Numbered from the stretch's first letter, positions 29,150 through 39,709 are shown. The stretch: 64,000 bases of DNA from Sulfurovum sp. (GCA_026989435.1 JALSJI010000033.1:2560-66559), one strand, 5' to 3'. Translations and numbers: made by a program. Notes: generated by a model from the letters alone, not told the origin.

Positions 29150-29721
29150 TCATGATCTATTTTTTGCTACGATTGATGACTTTTTCATTCTATATTGTTC
29201 ATAAGGCTCATTAAAAAACTCTCTATATTCTAAAATATCAAACGCTTTAAATATCTCTTTTAGCTCACCGCTTTTTAATAGATAATTTGGATTTGAATCC
29301 TGTTTTTCATTAACTTCATCCTGCATATAGGTCTCTACAATCATCACGGCACCCTGATTCAACCATCCCTTAGCCCTGTCTATTAACTCTCTATCAAGAT
29401 AATTTATCATCAAAATAAGATCGTACTTTCTAATAGGAGTAAAGTTGTCAAGATCACTCACCAATGGCGTAATATTAAAATTTTTTGCACGATTTTTGAG
29501 CATATCTATAGCAATCTTACTGATATCAACACTATCTACCACAAAGCCATTTTGAGCCAAAAAAATGGAATTCCTTCCAGCTCCGCATGCAAGATCAAGT
29601 GCCCTGTGTAATGGAATATCTGAGATATGTGCTTCTAATATCTTTGATGGAGCTCTTTTATCTAGAAGTTCTGAATTTTTTTGGTATTTATTGTCCCACT
29701 TTATTTATCTTTCTGTGACAT
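29150..29721 (-). pseudogene. TehB-like class I SAM methyltransferase with a frameshift at codon 6-7
   Basis: AAAGGAG RBS, then ATG TCA CAG AAA GAT AAA TAA; adding one A gives MSQKDKIKWDNKY...ALDLACGAGRNSIFLAQNGF in frame with ORF 29150-29560. Confidence 0.8.
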
Positions 29722-29756
29722 ATTTTTTTGGCTCCTTTCGTAAAACTTCTTAAAAC

Positions 29757-30602
29757 CTATTGACTATGTGGTTTTTCAATCTGCATTGCTGCTTCACAAG
29801 CTATCTGTACTATCTCTATATCATCACTGTCAATACGTGCTGCCGTAAGTTTACCGCCCCATACACAGCCCGTATCCAAAGCCAATACATGTTCATCATG
29901 ATAAAATCCCAATGTTGACCAATGCCCAAAAATAATTTTAAGATCTATCTCTCTCCTATTCTTACACGCAAACCAAGGTCTAAGCCCTTTTTTCTCAAAT
30001 TGCTCCTTTGGGGCACCTTTTTGCTTAAAATCTAACCTATTATCATCATAACAGTATCGCATACGTGTAAACGAAGAAATTATATATTTATCAATATTAA
30101 TATCTCTTACCTCTCTGTTTTTACCGCCGTTATCCTCTTTTATGATACACTTTAACCACCTCTGTATCCTATTAGACTGTAGTTTATTCTCTATACGTTT
30201 GGCATACTCTATAGCCATACCCAAATCAAATTCAGGAGAGATACCGGCATGTGCCATACAGTATCCCAACGAGTAATCAACATGTAAAAACTTTTGAAAT
30301 CTTAGCCAATCTATCAACTCTTTGGCCCTTGAAGATTCCAATATAGGATCAAGTGTAGGGTTTGATTTTTTAATCCCATAATAGGCTGCAATCAGCGTTA
30401 TATCATGATTTCCCAACACGATCTTAACACTTTGACGTATACGATAGAGATACTCTAATGTCTCAAGTGAACCCTCTCCCCTATTGACCAAGTCACCGGC
30501 TACCCAGAGTGTATCATCTACAGGATTAAATGCTATCTTCTCCAAAAGTGCCATAAAAGCACCATAACACCCCTGTATATCTCCTACTGCCCATACTGCC
30601 AT
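29757..30602 (-). CDS. apaH: Symmetrical bis(5'-nucleosyl)-tetraphosphatase
   Basis: VGDIQGC, GDLVNRG, LGNHD, FGHWS, LDTGCVWGG. Confidence 0.93.
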   Translation of the reverse strand: MAVWAVGDIQGCYGAFMALLEKIAFNPVDDTLWVAGDLVNRGEGSLETLEYLYRIRQSVKIVLGNHDITLIAAYYGIKKSNPTLDPILESSRAKELIDWLRFQKFLHVDYSLGYCMAHAGISPEFDLGMAIEYAKRIENKLQSNRIQRWLKCIIKEDNGGKNREVRDINIDKYIISSFTRMRYCYDDNRLDFKQKGAPKEQFEKKGLRPWFACKNRREIDLKIIFGHWSTLGFYHDEHVLALDTGCVWGGKLTAARIDSDDIEIVQIACEAAMQIEKPHSQ

Positions 30603-31094
30603 TTAGTCAAACCCCAGTGCTTGTCTATACATCTTCACCTTCTCATCAAACCTCATAGCAGCATAGGCGGGTGATGGAGAAGGCAGATATATTGTCTTTA
30701 TATCTAAATATGAAAAATGTAATGTAAAAAGTCTTTGGGCTTTTCTACCTGTAAATGCAATCTTTTTAATGCTACTATATGCTTCTAAAATATTATATAT
30801 ATTATTTAATTCCTGATCTTCCAGACAACTGTCAAGGGAGTTCTCTCGCCTGCACGCTCTTATCATATCCCAAAGCCCCAACTTACACTCTTTTAGCAGC
30901 CATAACTTCTGATCTCTATTTTTTACGGGGTACCCTGTGATTGCCTCAAGAATTTTCCAAAACTGATTCCTTGGATGGGCATAATAAAAATTATTTTCAA
31001 AAGACTTGATACTGGGAAAGGAACCCAATATTAAAATCTCCGTATCTTGAAAGACAATCGGTTCAAATGGATGTATCAAAATCTCCTCATTCAT
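30603..31094 (-). CDS. DNA-deoxyinosine glycosylase (UDG superfamily)
   Basis: ILGSFPSIKS, YYAHPRNQFW, LPSPSPAYA; likely start MNEEILIHPF. Confidence 0.85.
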   Translation of the reverse strand: MNEEILIHPFEPIVFQDTEILILGSFPSIKSFENNFYYAHPRNQFWKILEAITGYPVKNRDQKLWLLKECKLGLWDMIRACRRENSLDSCLEDQELNNIYNILEAYSSIKKIAFTGRKAQRLFTLHFSYLDIKTIYLPSPSPAYAAMRFDEKVKMYRQALGFD

Positions 31095-31233
31095 ACAAAT
31101 ATCCCCACTCCTAAGTACTGAAACCCTGCCCTGTCGTAACAAAGCCCCTTAACATAGTATCATCCCTACTAAAAATAGACAGAGTATCAACATCATTCTT
31201 GACACAAAAGTACTCAATAAGATATTCATAAGT

Positions 31234-31713
31234 CTACCTACATGCTTTTCGCATATTCTGAACGATTAATACCAAGAGTGATAGAGAAAATATCTTAGAA
31301 TTTATCTCTGAACCTTTATGCGTATTAATAAATGCTTCCGTTTTTGTCATCTCTTCACCTTGAGCTTGCATGGCTATAATATCCGGAATATAATAGTGTG
31401 CAAACAACAATGCTGTCGCTAAAACAAAAAATGTAGCAACAAGCGTTAACTTGTCACGCTCAAACTTTTTATATTTATACCCTTCATAGAGAGCCACACT
31501 AATGATCAAAACATCGACAATATAAGAGAGACGAAGAAAATTTTCAGTCATAATCTGCCCCTCTTGAAACTGCGTTAACAATTCATTCCCAAGATATAGC
31601 TCTGTATGAAAAGTAACTGATGTCACGACAATACCTGCATAAAGCATCATACCCAATACCATTGAAGTAAAGAGAAGATATGCCATTGTTACTACTCTAA
31701 AATTTTTGCTCAT
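31234..31713 (-). CDS. DUF4149-like membrane protein
   Basis: Four hydrophobic segments; F-x2-HKGSE motif. Confidence 0.65.
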   Translation of the reverse strand: MSKNFRVVTMAYLLFTSMVLGMMLYAGIVVTSVTFHTELYLGNELLTQFQEGQIMTENFLRLSYIVDVLIISVALYEGYKYKKFERDKLTLVATFFVLATALLFAHYYIPDIIAMQAQGEEMTKTEAFINTHKGSEINSKIFSLSLLVLIVQNMRKACR

Positions 31714-32543
31714 TACTGTTCTCCTTTATCAAATTCTATAACAAAACCCCTGTTCAAGCCTGCTAGATCCCTATAAAATTGTATGGATTTTACTCCAACT
31801 TCATTAACAAATGCTTGAAGTGACTCTCTTTGATCATAGCCCATTTCACAAGCAAGCCACCTGATACCTCTGGCTTTGACATCCAAAATAATCTCTTTAA
31901 GTAACTCATCACCCTGCTCGCCTCCGATGAGTGCCTCTTTGGGTTCATAATCTATAATATGAGGTTCGAGTAGATAATCCTCTGCGATATAAGGCGGATT
32001 GGAAACCACAAGTTGCACAGATTCGCTTACCTCTTCTAGCAAATGGGATTTGCGAAGTGTAATCCGCTTCCCTAATTTATATTTATTAATATTTAACTGG
32101 GCAACGGCTATCGCTTCTTCACTGATATCTGTGGCAACACACTCTAAATCAGGAAATTTTCGTGCCAAAACTATCGAGATAGCCCCACTCCCTACACCTA
32201 TCTCTGCAATATGCCTAATCTGCTCTTTTTTTATAATATCTGCCACTAGATCTATCAATATCTCCGTCTCAGGGCGAGGAATAAGTACCCCCTTTTCTAC
32301 TGACAAATGAATATCGTAAAAACTTGCCTCTCCTACGATATACTCATAAGGTTCATAGTGAGATCTTCTTTCAATCAAATTCTCATATTCTTTAATATCT
32401 ATTTCTTTGTCTGCGTGTGTAACGAGATAGACACGCTCTACTTTTAAACAATAGGCTAAAAGTAGTTCTGCTTCATATTGGGGTCTCTCACAACTCTTTT
32501 TCAATATTGAGGTCGCCCATGCCAATGCCTCCTTAATGGTCAT
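31713..32543 (-). CDS. prmC: Release factor glutamine methyltransferase
   Basis: VLIPRPETE, EIGVGSGAI, VSNPPYI; start MTIKEALAW. Confidence 0.95.
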   Translation of the reverse strand: MTIKEALAWATSILKKSCERPQYEAELLLAYCLKVERVYLVTHADKEIDIKEYENLIERRSHYEPYEYIVGEASFYDIHLSVEKGVLIPRPETEILIDLVADIIKKEQIRHIAEIGVGSGAISIVLARKFPDLECVATDISEEAIAVAQLNINKYKLGKRITLRKSHLLEEVSESVQLVVSNPPYIAEDYLLEPHIIDYEPKEALIGGEQGDELLKEIILDVKARGIRWLACEMGYDQRESLQAFVNEVGVKSIQFYRDLAGLNRGFVIEFDKGEQ

Positions 32544-33816
32544 TTTTGTCCATAAAGGCAAAAATACCGTCATTAGGAAGTGAAGGTTCTTCAATAGTTA
32601 CCTCTTGCGCAGAGGTTTTTGATACATCAAACCCTAGTTCCTTTAGACGCTCTAATACCGGCGGATGGGTGTAATAAAAAAAGATAACCAAAGGGTGAGA
32701 CTTTGGAAATGCTTTGTTTTCCGTGACAAGTTTCATAAGAGCTGCGATTAGATTCTCTTTTCCTCCTATCTGAGAACCGAATGCATCTGCAGCATATTCA
32801 TTACGTCGGCTTACGGCTGAAATAAATGGTGTAAAAATAAAGTTAAGCAAAGGGAGTAACAACATCAACATAGCTATCTTTATACCTGCATTTGAACTTA
32901 CTCCCATGTTTAAAAAGAGTGTGTCAGGCAGATGCCCAAAAAGGTAGAAAGCAATGAATAATAACAGACCCGTAAGCCCTATATTCTTCCAAATATCACC
33001 ATGGGTAAAATGTCCTAGTTCATGCCCTAGCACAGCTATAAGCTCTTTGTTATTCAACTTCTCTACAAGGGTATCAAAAAGTACCACACGTTTTGATCTA
33101 CCCAATCCACCAAAAAAAGCATTCAAACGACCATCCCGTTTGCTTGCATCCATAATGAAAATGCCGTCATTTTTTAATCCTACCTGCTCAAGGAGTTTAG
33201 AGATTTCATCTTTGAGCTTACCCTCTTGTATGGGTGTAAACTTGTTAAACAGTGCCATAAAGGTCGGCATAAGCACATTGGCTAAAAGCACAATCGTAAA
33301 TACCGTCACAAACCCCCAAATCCACCAAGAGTCAAATCTACTGATAATCCATGCTAAAAGTGCAAAAGCAACCCCACCTAGAATAATAAACAAAAGGGTT
33401 GATTTTATAATATCTGATATGAACATCTTTGCTGTCATCTTGTTAAACCCGAAATCTTCATCAATTTTGAATTTCTGATAAAGATCAAAGGGGAGTGTAA
33501 CGATAAAATTGAGAGTGACAAACCCCAGTAAAAAAAATACTGCATCACTAACAGTGTCTTGTATATCAATAACGGAGCTTAACCATGAAAATCCAAACAA
33601 TACCCACCAGATAAACATAAGATAATCAACTAGGGTTGTCAATAATCCTAATTTTCCGTTTGCTACAGCGTAATTTGCCGCTGATACATAGTCCTCTTTA
33701 GACATCAATACGGGTGCCTTTCGTTTCTCTTCATTGATATATCCTATCTGCATAACTGAGATATAGAGCTTCATCAAAGTATAAAGAGAATAAAGGATGA
33801 TTAAGGTTTCTAGCAT
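32533..33816 (-). CDS. M48 family (Ste24-like) membrane metallopeptidase
   Basis: NAFFGG, HELGH, EYAAD, THPP; start MLETLIIL. Confidence 0.9.
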   Translation of the reverse strand: MLETLIILYSLYTLMKLYISVMQIGYINEEKRKAPVLMSKEDYVSAANYAVANGKLGLLTTLVDYLMFIWWVLFGFSWLSSVIDIQDTVSDAVFFLLGFVTLNFIVTLPFDLYQKFKIDEDFGFNKMTAKMFISDIIKSTLLFIILGGVAFALLAWIISRFDSWWIWGFVTVFTIVLLANVLMPTFMALFNKFTPIQEGKLKDEISKLLEQVGLKNDGIFIMDASKRDGRLNAFFGGLGRSKRVVLFDTLVEKLNNKELIAVLGHELGHFTHGDIWKNIGLTGLLLFIAFYLFGHLPDTLFLNMGVSSNAGIKIAMLMLLLPLLNFIFTPFISAVSRRNEYAADAFGSQIGGKENLIAALMKLVTENKAFPKSHPLVIFFYYTHPPVLERLKELGFDVSKTSAQEVTIEEPSLPNDGIFAFMDKNDH

Positions 33817-33908
33817 AAATATTCCTTGTGTACTGACTTTCAATTAATATACCTAATCAAGACTTAAATCTGATATAATATTACCAATAGCGTATCCAAG
33901 GATAGATA

Positions 33909-35843
33909 TTGGCACTTATTGATCTTTTTAAAATTAAAAAACAGTATGATGTAAAGCTTCTGCTTGATGATATAGATTTTCATCTCAATACCGATGAGCG
34001 TATCGCACTAGTAGGACAAAATGGCTGCGGAAAATCTACACTGATGAAAATAGCCCTTGGGACAGAAGCCCCTACAGAAGGCAAACGTGTGGTAGATGGC
34101 TCCTTGCAAATAGAGATGCTCTCGCAGCAACCACACTTTGAAACCACACTTACCGTACGTGATGCTATTGCAAACGAACTCACCGAACTCAAAACTGCCC
34201 AAGAGGAGCATACCCGACTCAGCCTCGAAGTGGCTCAGGATTTTGAAAATAAAACTCTTTTGGCAAAACTAGAACAAATTACTGCATTTTTAGATCATCA
34301 CAATGCTTGGAACCTAGATGACAAAATAGAACGTATTTTACAAGAGTTTAAACTCAAAACATATGAAAATCGTCTAGTGGTTTCACTCTCCGGCGGAGAA
34401 CAGCGTCGTGTGGCACTGGCATCATTGATACTCAAAAAACCTGATGTACTACTCCTAGACGAACCCACCAACCACCTTGATGTTTATATGGTAACATTTT
34501 TAGAAGAGATTCTCCTCAAAGAGAAATTTACCCTACTCTTTATTTCGCATGACAGACACTTCATCGATACCATTGCTACGCGTGTTATAGAGGTGGAAAA
34601 CCAAAAACTTGTTAGCTATAAAGGCGGATACAGAGATTATCTTTTGCAAAAAGAGGAGCGAATGAAATCTCTTGCAAAGCAACATGAGAATCTTCTCAAA
34701 CTGCTCAAGCATGAAGAGGAGTGGCTCAGTAAGAGTGTACGTGCCAGAGAAAAACGAAATCAAGGACGAAAAGCCAGAGTCCTTCAACTGCGTCAGGAAG
34801 CTAAAAAAAATCCTACACTCATACGCAAGATGCAAGTAGAACTTGAACGCGAAAAAAAAAGTTGGAGAGGAGAAAAGGGACTAAACAAACGAAAAATGCT
34901 TTTTGATATCGAAAACCTTACATACTCCATAGCCGATAAACTTCTTATAAAAAACTTTACTGCACGTATACTGCAGCGTGATAAAATAGCCATCGTCGGT
35001 ATCAACGGTGCAGGAAAGTCTACACTACTCAAACTACTTCTTGGAAGAGTCGTAGCCGATACAGGCATAATTAACAAAGGGGATTTTAGTATAGGCTATT
35101 TTGATCAACACAGAGAGATGCTCAACAACGAACACACTCTCATAGAAACTTTTTGTCCCAATGGAGGAGACCATGTAAATGTACAAGACAGACATATGCA
35201 TGTCTACGCCTACCTTAAAAGCTTTTTATTTCCTCAGGAGTATATGACAAAAAAAATAGGACAACTTAGCGGAGGAGAGAAAAACAGAGTTGCCCTTGCG
35301 CTTCTTTTTACAAAAAATGTAGAGTGCCTTATACTCGATGAACCTACCAATGATTTGGATATACAGACTATTACTATTTTGGAAGAGAAACTCATCGCTT
35401 TTGAGGGTGCACTGCTTTTTGTCTCTCATGATAGATATTTTATAGATAAAATTGCCTCTAAACTCTTTATTTTTAAAGGCAATGGGATAATCGAAGAGTC
35501 TTTTGGATCTTATACTGAGTATCTGGAGATAGAAAAAGAGATTCAAGAGCTAGAAGATCTTCAAAAGGTATCCAAAATCACAGAAAAAAAAGAGCATCCC
35601 AAAGAGAAAAGAAAGACAAAACTAAGCTACAAACAGCAACTTGCCTATGAAACACTGCCTCATGAAATAGAAGTACTTGAACAAAAAATAACCAAAATAA
35701 ATGCCTGCTTAAACAATCCTCAATGCTACGAAGAAAAAGGTCTTATAAAACTTAGTGATGAGCTTAAAGAGCTTGAGAGAGTATATGAAGAAAAAACAGA
35801 TGCCTATCTTGAGATACTGGAGATTTACGAATCCTTGCAATAG
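33909..35843 (+). CDS. uup: ABC-F family ATPase (Uup-like)
   Basis: Two ABC domains (GQNGCGKST, LSGGE, DEPTN), no TM segments, C-terminal KLSYK coiled coil. Confidence 0.85.
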   Translation: MALIDLFKIKKQYDVKLLLDDIDFHLNTDERIALVGQNGCGKSTLMKIALGTEAPTEGKRVVDGSLQIEMLSQQPHFETTLTVRDAIANELTELKTAQEEHTRLSLEVAQDFENKTLLAKLEQITAFLDHHNAWNLDDKIERILQEFKLKTYENRLVVSLSGGEQRRVALASLILKKPDVLLLDEPTNHLDVYMVTFLEEILLKEKFTLLFISHDRHFIDTIATRVIEVENQKLVSYKGGYRDYLLQKEERMKSLAKQHENLLKLLKHEEEWLSKSVRAREKRNQGRKARVLQLRQEAKKNPTLIRKMQVELEREKKSWRGEKGLNKRKMLFDIENLTYSIADKLLIKNFTARILQRDKIAIVGINGAGKSTLLKLLLGRVVADTGIINKGDFSIGYFDQHREMLNNEHTLIETFCPNGGDHVNVQDRHMHVYAYLKSFLFPQEYMTKKIGQLSGGEKNRVALALLFTKNVECLILDEPTNDLDIQTITILEEKLIAFEGALLFVSHDRYFIDKIASKLFIFKGNGIIEESFGSYTEYLEIEKEIQELEDLQKVSKITEKKEHPKEKRKTKLSYKQQLAYETLPHEIEVLEQKITKINACLNNPQCYEEKGLIKLSDELKELERVYEEKTDAYLEILEIYESLQ

Positions 35844-35921
35844 ACTCTCTACTTCACTCCGTATAACCATTCTGGTTCCAACCCTACAAACGACAAGCAG
35901 TTGTCATTTACTTCACGGGTC

Positions 35922-37052
35922 TCACCAATAAATCATTACGCTTCTTCTGCCCCAACGTAATGCTTTTCTTCTATCAAGCCCCATATAAATATCTATTCTT
36001 TTCGTATAACGTTTATTCATTTTGTCACGTACCTTATAGTATCCGGGAAGTCCGCCAATACGTACTTTAGTACCATTTTTGAGACCATATTTTGTCAATA
36101 AATCTCGTGAAACCGCAATGATCTTCATTCCCGGGCGCAAACGATTATTCCATGCAGCAAGAAAAGGAGTACTATCTGTTTGACTCTTATGAGAACTATA
36201 TGCTGTTGCCGTTACACGCAACATCCTCTTTCCGAAAGAGCTTAACATCTTCATCTTTTTTCTCTTTTTTGAAACAGCTTTTTTCTTCAAAGTATGTTTT
36301 GCCAATGTCTCTTTTTTTTCTCTATTTCCAAAAGGAAGTTTTAATTTTTTACCTACCTTAATCACTGTTTTTGAATCAATATTATTTAATATAGCTAGTG
36401 TTTCTGCTTTTATTTTAAATTTTTTTGCTATTGCGTGAAGCGTATCTCCCGATACTATAGTATACTCCCCGCTAACCATAGCATCTATCATTCTCTGTTC
36501 AAAAGGAATTCGAAGTTTTTGACCAACCTTTAAAACACTCTCTTCATCTATAAGATTGACACGCATAAGTTCTTTCTTTTTCATAAAAAACTTTTTTGCT
36601 ATGGAACTTAGCGTATCCCCTTTCATAACCTTATACTTACCATATCGAACATAAATTTTTTTAGTATTCTTTTTTTTCTTTTTCGCTACACTCTCTTTTT
36701 GAGGCACTATAACCTGTTTCTGCTCCGTTTTAAAATACTCCTCTTTTGAAAGACCAAAGCGCAAAGGAGTCTCTATTTTAATATATCTGTCAATTAAATC
36801 TTGTACAGAAATCACTTTCATGTGAAACTCTTCGGGAGTGGGCATAGTTTTGGAGACAATAGGATTTTTTTTATCTCTGTCATATTCTATTTTTGTTGTT
36901 CTGATCCATCGTGTTCCATAAGGATTGCATATTTTACTGCCTCCTACAATCACCCTACAATCTACAACGCTTTTCGCCCAAGAAAGGTTATTAAATAAAA
37001 AAAGGTTATTAAATAAAAAAGAGACAAACAGAAAATATAAATATCTATTCAC
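35922..37052 (-). CDS. LysM x2 plus 3D-domain peptidoglycan hydrolase
   Basis: YKVMKGDTLSSIAKKF, YTIVSGDTLHAIAKKF, VTATAYSS, IAVSRD, RIDIYM. Confidence 0.88.
   Translation of the reverse strand: MNRYLYFLFVSFLFNNLFLFNNLSWAKSVVDCRVIVGGSKICNPYGTRWIRTTKIEYDRDKKNPIVSKTMPTPEEFHMKVISVQDLIDRYIKIETPLRFGLSKEEYFKTEQKQVIVPQKESVAKKKKKNTKKIYVRYGKYKVMKGDTLSSIAKKFFMKKKELMRVNLIDEESVLKVGQKLRIPFEQRMIDAMVSGEYTIVSGDTLHAIAKKFKIKAETLAILNNIDSKTVIKVGKKLKLPFGNREKKETLAKHTLKKKAVSKKRKKMKMLSSFGKRMLRVTATAYSSHKSQTDSTPFLAAWNNRLRPGMKIIAVSRDLLTKYGLKNGTKVRIGGLPGYYKVRDKMNKRYTKRIDIYMGLDRRKALRWGRRSVMIYW
36983..37018. repeat. 18-bp tandem duplication in the signal-peptide coding region
   Basis: AAAGGTTATTAAATAAAA twice. Confidence 0.85.
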
Positions 37053-37073
37053 GCTGCATCTACGTATGTTAAA

Positions 37074-38543
37074 CTATAGAAAGTCTAACATCTCTCCTTT
37101 AATAGACTCTTTTTCAACCACGTTATGATGAATAACCGGCTTTAAAAATAGTTCAGATATGCTATACGGTACTTTTACATTGCAGTATTCGCTGACCCAT
37201 GCAAGTGCTTCTATATCACCGGATACTCCCTCTTTTCCCAAAGCCTTTGCTACGGCAGGAGAGAACTTTGTCCATTCTGCTGTAGAGTAGATGACTGTCT
37301 TTAGCCGTTTTTCCCTTAACTCTTCGTATGCTCCCATACATGTGGCCGTATGTGTATCCATCATATAACCGCTCTTCGCATACTTCCCAATGACTCTGTA
37401 ACAGCTGTCATCATCCATAAAAGATGCATCAAAGTCCTCTCTAAGCATAGAGAGTTCACTCCGAGTAAGAACAAATTTTCCATCTCTATCCAAACTCTCC
37501 ATCAACTCTTTAGTTCGCATCTCGCCAAACTTATCAAAAAGTATACGCTCAATATTTGAACTTTTCAAAATATCCATTGCAGGAGACTCTGTCCGTATCA
37601 AGCTTCTTGTTGTTAAATCATATACCCCTGTTTGAATCCAATCAGTAAGAATATTATTGATATTAGAAGAGATCAAGATTTTTTCTATTGGAAGACCTGC
37701 TTTTTTTGCATAATATGCACCCAAAGCATTGCCAAAGTTTCCACTAGGAACCACAAGATATACCCTCTCACCCATAGCGATCTCATCTTTTCGGACTAAC
37801 TCCAAATACGCATGTATATGATAGATGATTTGAAAAATGATACGACCGAAATTCACTGAATTTGCCGCTGTTAATTTAATACCGCGCTCTCGTAGTTCTG
37901 ACGTAAAATCATCTGATGAGAGTAATCTTTTTAGCGCACTCTGTGTATCATCAAAATTTCCTTTAACACCTATTACTTTTAAATTAGGTGCATCTTCTGT
38001 AACCATCTGCAGCTCTTGTACATCTGAAGTACCCCCCTTTGGATACAAACAGACCACCCTCACATTTTTCTTATTTTTAAAGGTCTCAAGTGTTGCAGGA
38101 CCTGTATCCCCGCTTGTAGCTGCCATGACAAGATACTCTTCACCTCTCTGTTCTGCCAGTCTACTCAATATGTATCCAAAAGGCTGCAGTGCCATATCTT
38201 TAAAAGCTCGCGTTGGACCATGATAAAGCTCCGAGACAAAACAGTCATTCTCAATTTTACATAGAGGTACAGGATTAAGAGGATCATCAAATCTTTCATA
38301 TCGCTCTAATGCTTTGATAAGTATCTCTTCTTCTATATCAATCTCAAAGGTTTTCAAAAAGTCCAATGCCAATACTTTATAACTGCTCTTTAAATGCCTA
38401 TCTAAAAACGCATTGCCGATATCCGGAATACTTTCTGGTACATAGAGTCCACCAAAACTAGCACTCGGGTTTAAAATAGCATCTGAAAAAGAGACACTTT
38501 GCACCCTGCTGCCATCATTTCCACGTGTTTCAATAAATTGCAT
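37074..38543 (-). CDS. thrC: Threonine synthase
   Basis: ELYHGPTRAFKDMAL, ATSGDTG, NSVNFGR, VPSGNFGN. Confidence 0.97.
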   Translation of the reverse strand: MQFIETRGNDGSRVQSVSFSDAILNPSASFGGLYVPESIPDIGNAFLDRHLKSSYKVLALDFLKTFEIDIEEEILIKALERYERFDDPLNPVPLCKIENDCFVSELYHGPTRAFKDMALQPFGYILSRLAEQRGEEYLVMAATSGDTGPATLETFKNKKNVRVVCLYPKGGTSDVQELQMVTEDAPNLKVIGVKGNFDDTQSALKRLLSSDDFTSELRERGIKLTAANSVNFGRIIFQIIYHIHAYLELVRKDEIAMGERVYLVVPSGNFGNALGAYYAKKAGLPIEKILISSNINNILTDWIQTGVYDLTTRSLIRTESPAMDILKSSNIERILFDKFGEMRTKELMESLDRDGKFVLTRSELSMLREDFDASFMDDDSCYRVIGKYAKSGYMMDTHTATCMGAYEELREKRLKTVIYSTAEWTKFSPAVAKALGKEGVSGDIEALAWVSEYCNVKVPYSISELFLKPVIHHNVVEKESIKGEMLDFL

Positions 38544-38639
38544 TCATTTCTCCTGTACCCCTAGTATACAAATTCGTTATATTATAACCAAAAAAACTGA
38601 CAAAATTTGCTATAGCATCTTGTTGGTTATTTTGAGTTA

Positions 38640-38795
38640 GAAAAAAGGAGTAATGTGGGTATTTAGCATATTATAAGATGAAGGCAATCCATACATACCG
38701 ATAATGTATAGTTAGGGAAAAAGAATGTCAATATATACAAACTGCTTCACCTCTTAACATACTAAATACAAACCTTATACAGCAAAAAACTGCAT
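38640..38795 (-). ncRNA. Candidate long-hairpin small RNA
   Basis: Extended -10 TGCTATGAT (38802-38810); 5' 6-bp hairpin; ~40-bp G-U-rich stem across 38659-38769 with CU-rich loop; ends in CUCCUUUUUU. Confidence 0.55.
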
Positions 38796-38857
38796 GAAGT
38801 AATCATAGCAAAAGTTTCCTTAAAGTATTACTACATTATTACCAAAATATTTCTTTT

Positions 38858-39709
38858 TTATAACTCGATACAGGTTCCTACGCCTGAACTTGTTAAAATC
38901 TCTAACAAAAGAGAGTGCTCTATACGACCATCTATAATATGTGCCTTTTTAACACCGCCTCTTAAAGCCTCGATACAGGCATCTACTTTTGGCACCATAC
39001 CTCCTTGTATCGTACCGTCATTTTTAAGTGCTTCTGTTTTTTCAATACTAAGATTAGTAATAAGATTCATCTCTTTATCAAGCACACCCGGAGTATCTGT
39101 CAGAAACAACACCTTTCTTGCCTTCATCGCTACTGCAACCTTGGATGCTGTCAAATCAGCATTGATGTTAAATCCCGGATGTCCCATAGTACTGCTACTT
39201 GCAATAGGAGCAATTACGGGAATCGCACCATCTTCAATGATATTATTGACAATCTCTGGGTTAATATATTCGATATTTCCTGTATAACCAAAATGTTCAA
39301 AATCTTTTGCTACCCCCTTTAAAAACCCACCATCTTTTCCGGAAATACCTATAGCCTTGGAGCCATGATTGTCCAAAAGAGAGACTATCTCTTTATTAAT
39401 TTGACCAGAAAGCACCATCTCTACTACATGCATTATCTCTTTGGTAGTTACACGTTGACCCTTTACAAATTTTGTCTCTATACCTAACTGTGTAAGCATA
39501 TCCGTAATACGCTTGCCCCCTCCGTGCACCACGATAGGTTTCATACCGACTAGATGTAACAGTACAATATCCTGTGCAAACTGCTCTTTAAGATGATAGC
39601 TCGTCTGTGCAGAACCACCATATTTGATTACGATTTTTTCATTGCTAAAACGTTTGATAAAAGGCAGTGCCTCCAGTAGTGTCTTTACAACCGACATATT
39701 ATCACGCAT
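38858..39709 (-). CDS. argB: Acetylglutamate kinase
   Basis: VIKYGGSA, VHGGG, NINAD, GGMVPK. Confidence 0.97.
   Translation of the reverse strand: MRDNMSVVKTLLEALPFIKRFSNEKIVIKYGGSAQTSYHLKEQFAQDIVLLHLVGMKPIVVHGGGKRITDMLTQLGIETKFVKGQRVTTKEIMHVVEMVLSGQINKEIVSLLDNHGSKAIGISGKDGGFLKGVAKDFEHFGYTGNIEYINPEIVNNIIEDGAIPVIAPIASSSTMGHPGFNINADLTASKVAVAMKARKVLFLTDTPGVLDKEMNLITNLSIEKTEALKNDGTIQGGMVPKVDACIEALRGGVKKAHIIDGRIEHSLLLEILTSSGVGTCIEL

Noticed and set aside
38653-38757. Tiny + strand ORFs MWVFSIL and MSIYTNCFTS behind SD-like sequences
   Set aside because: Only 7-10 codons with no convincing promoter; better explained as the complement of anti-SD segments of the minus-strand RNA
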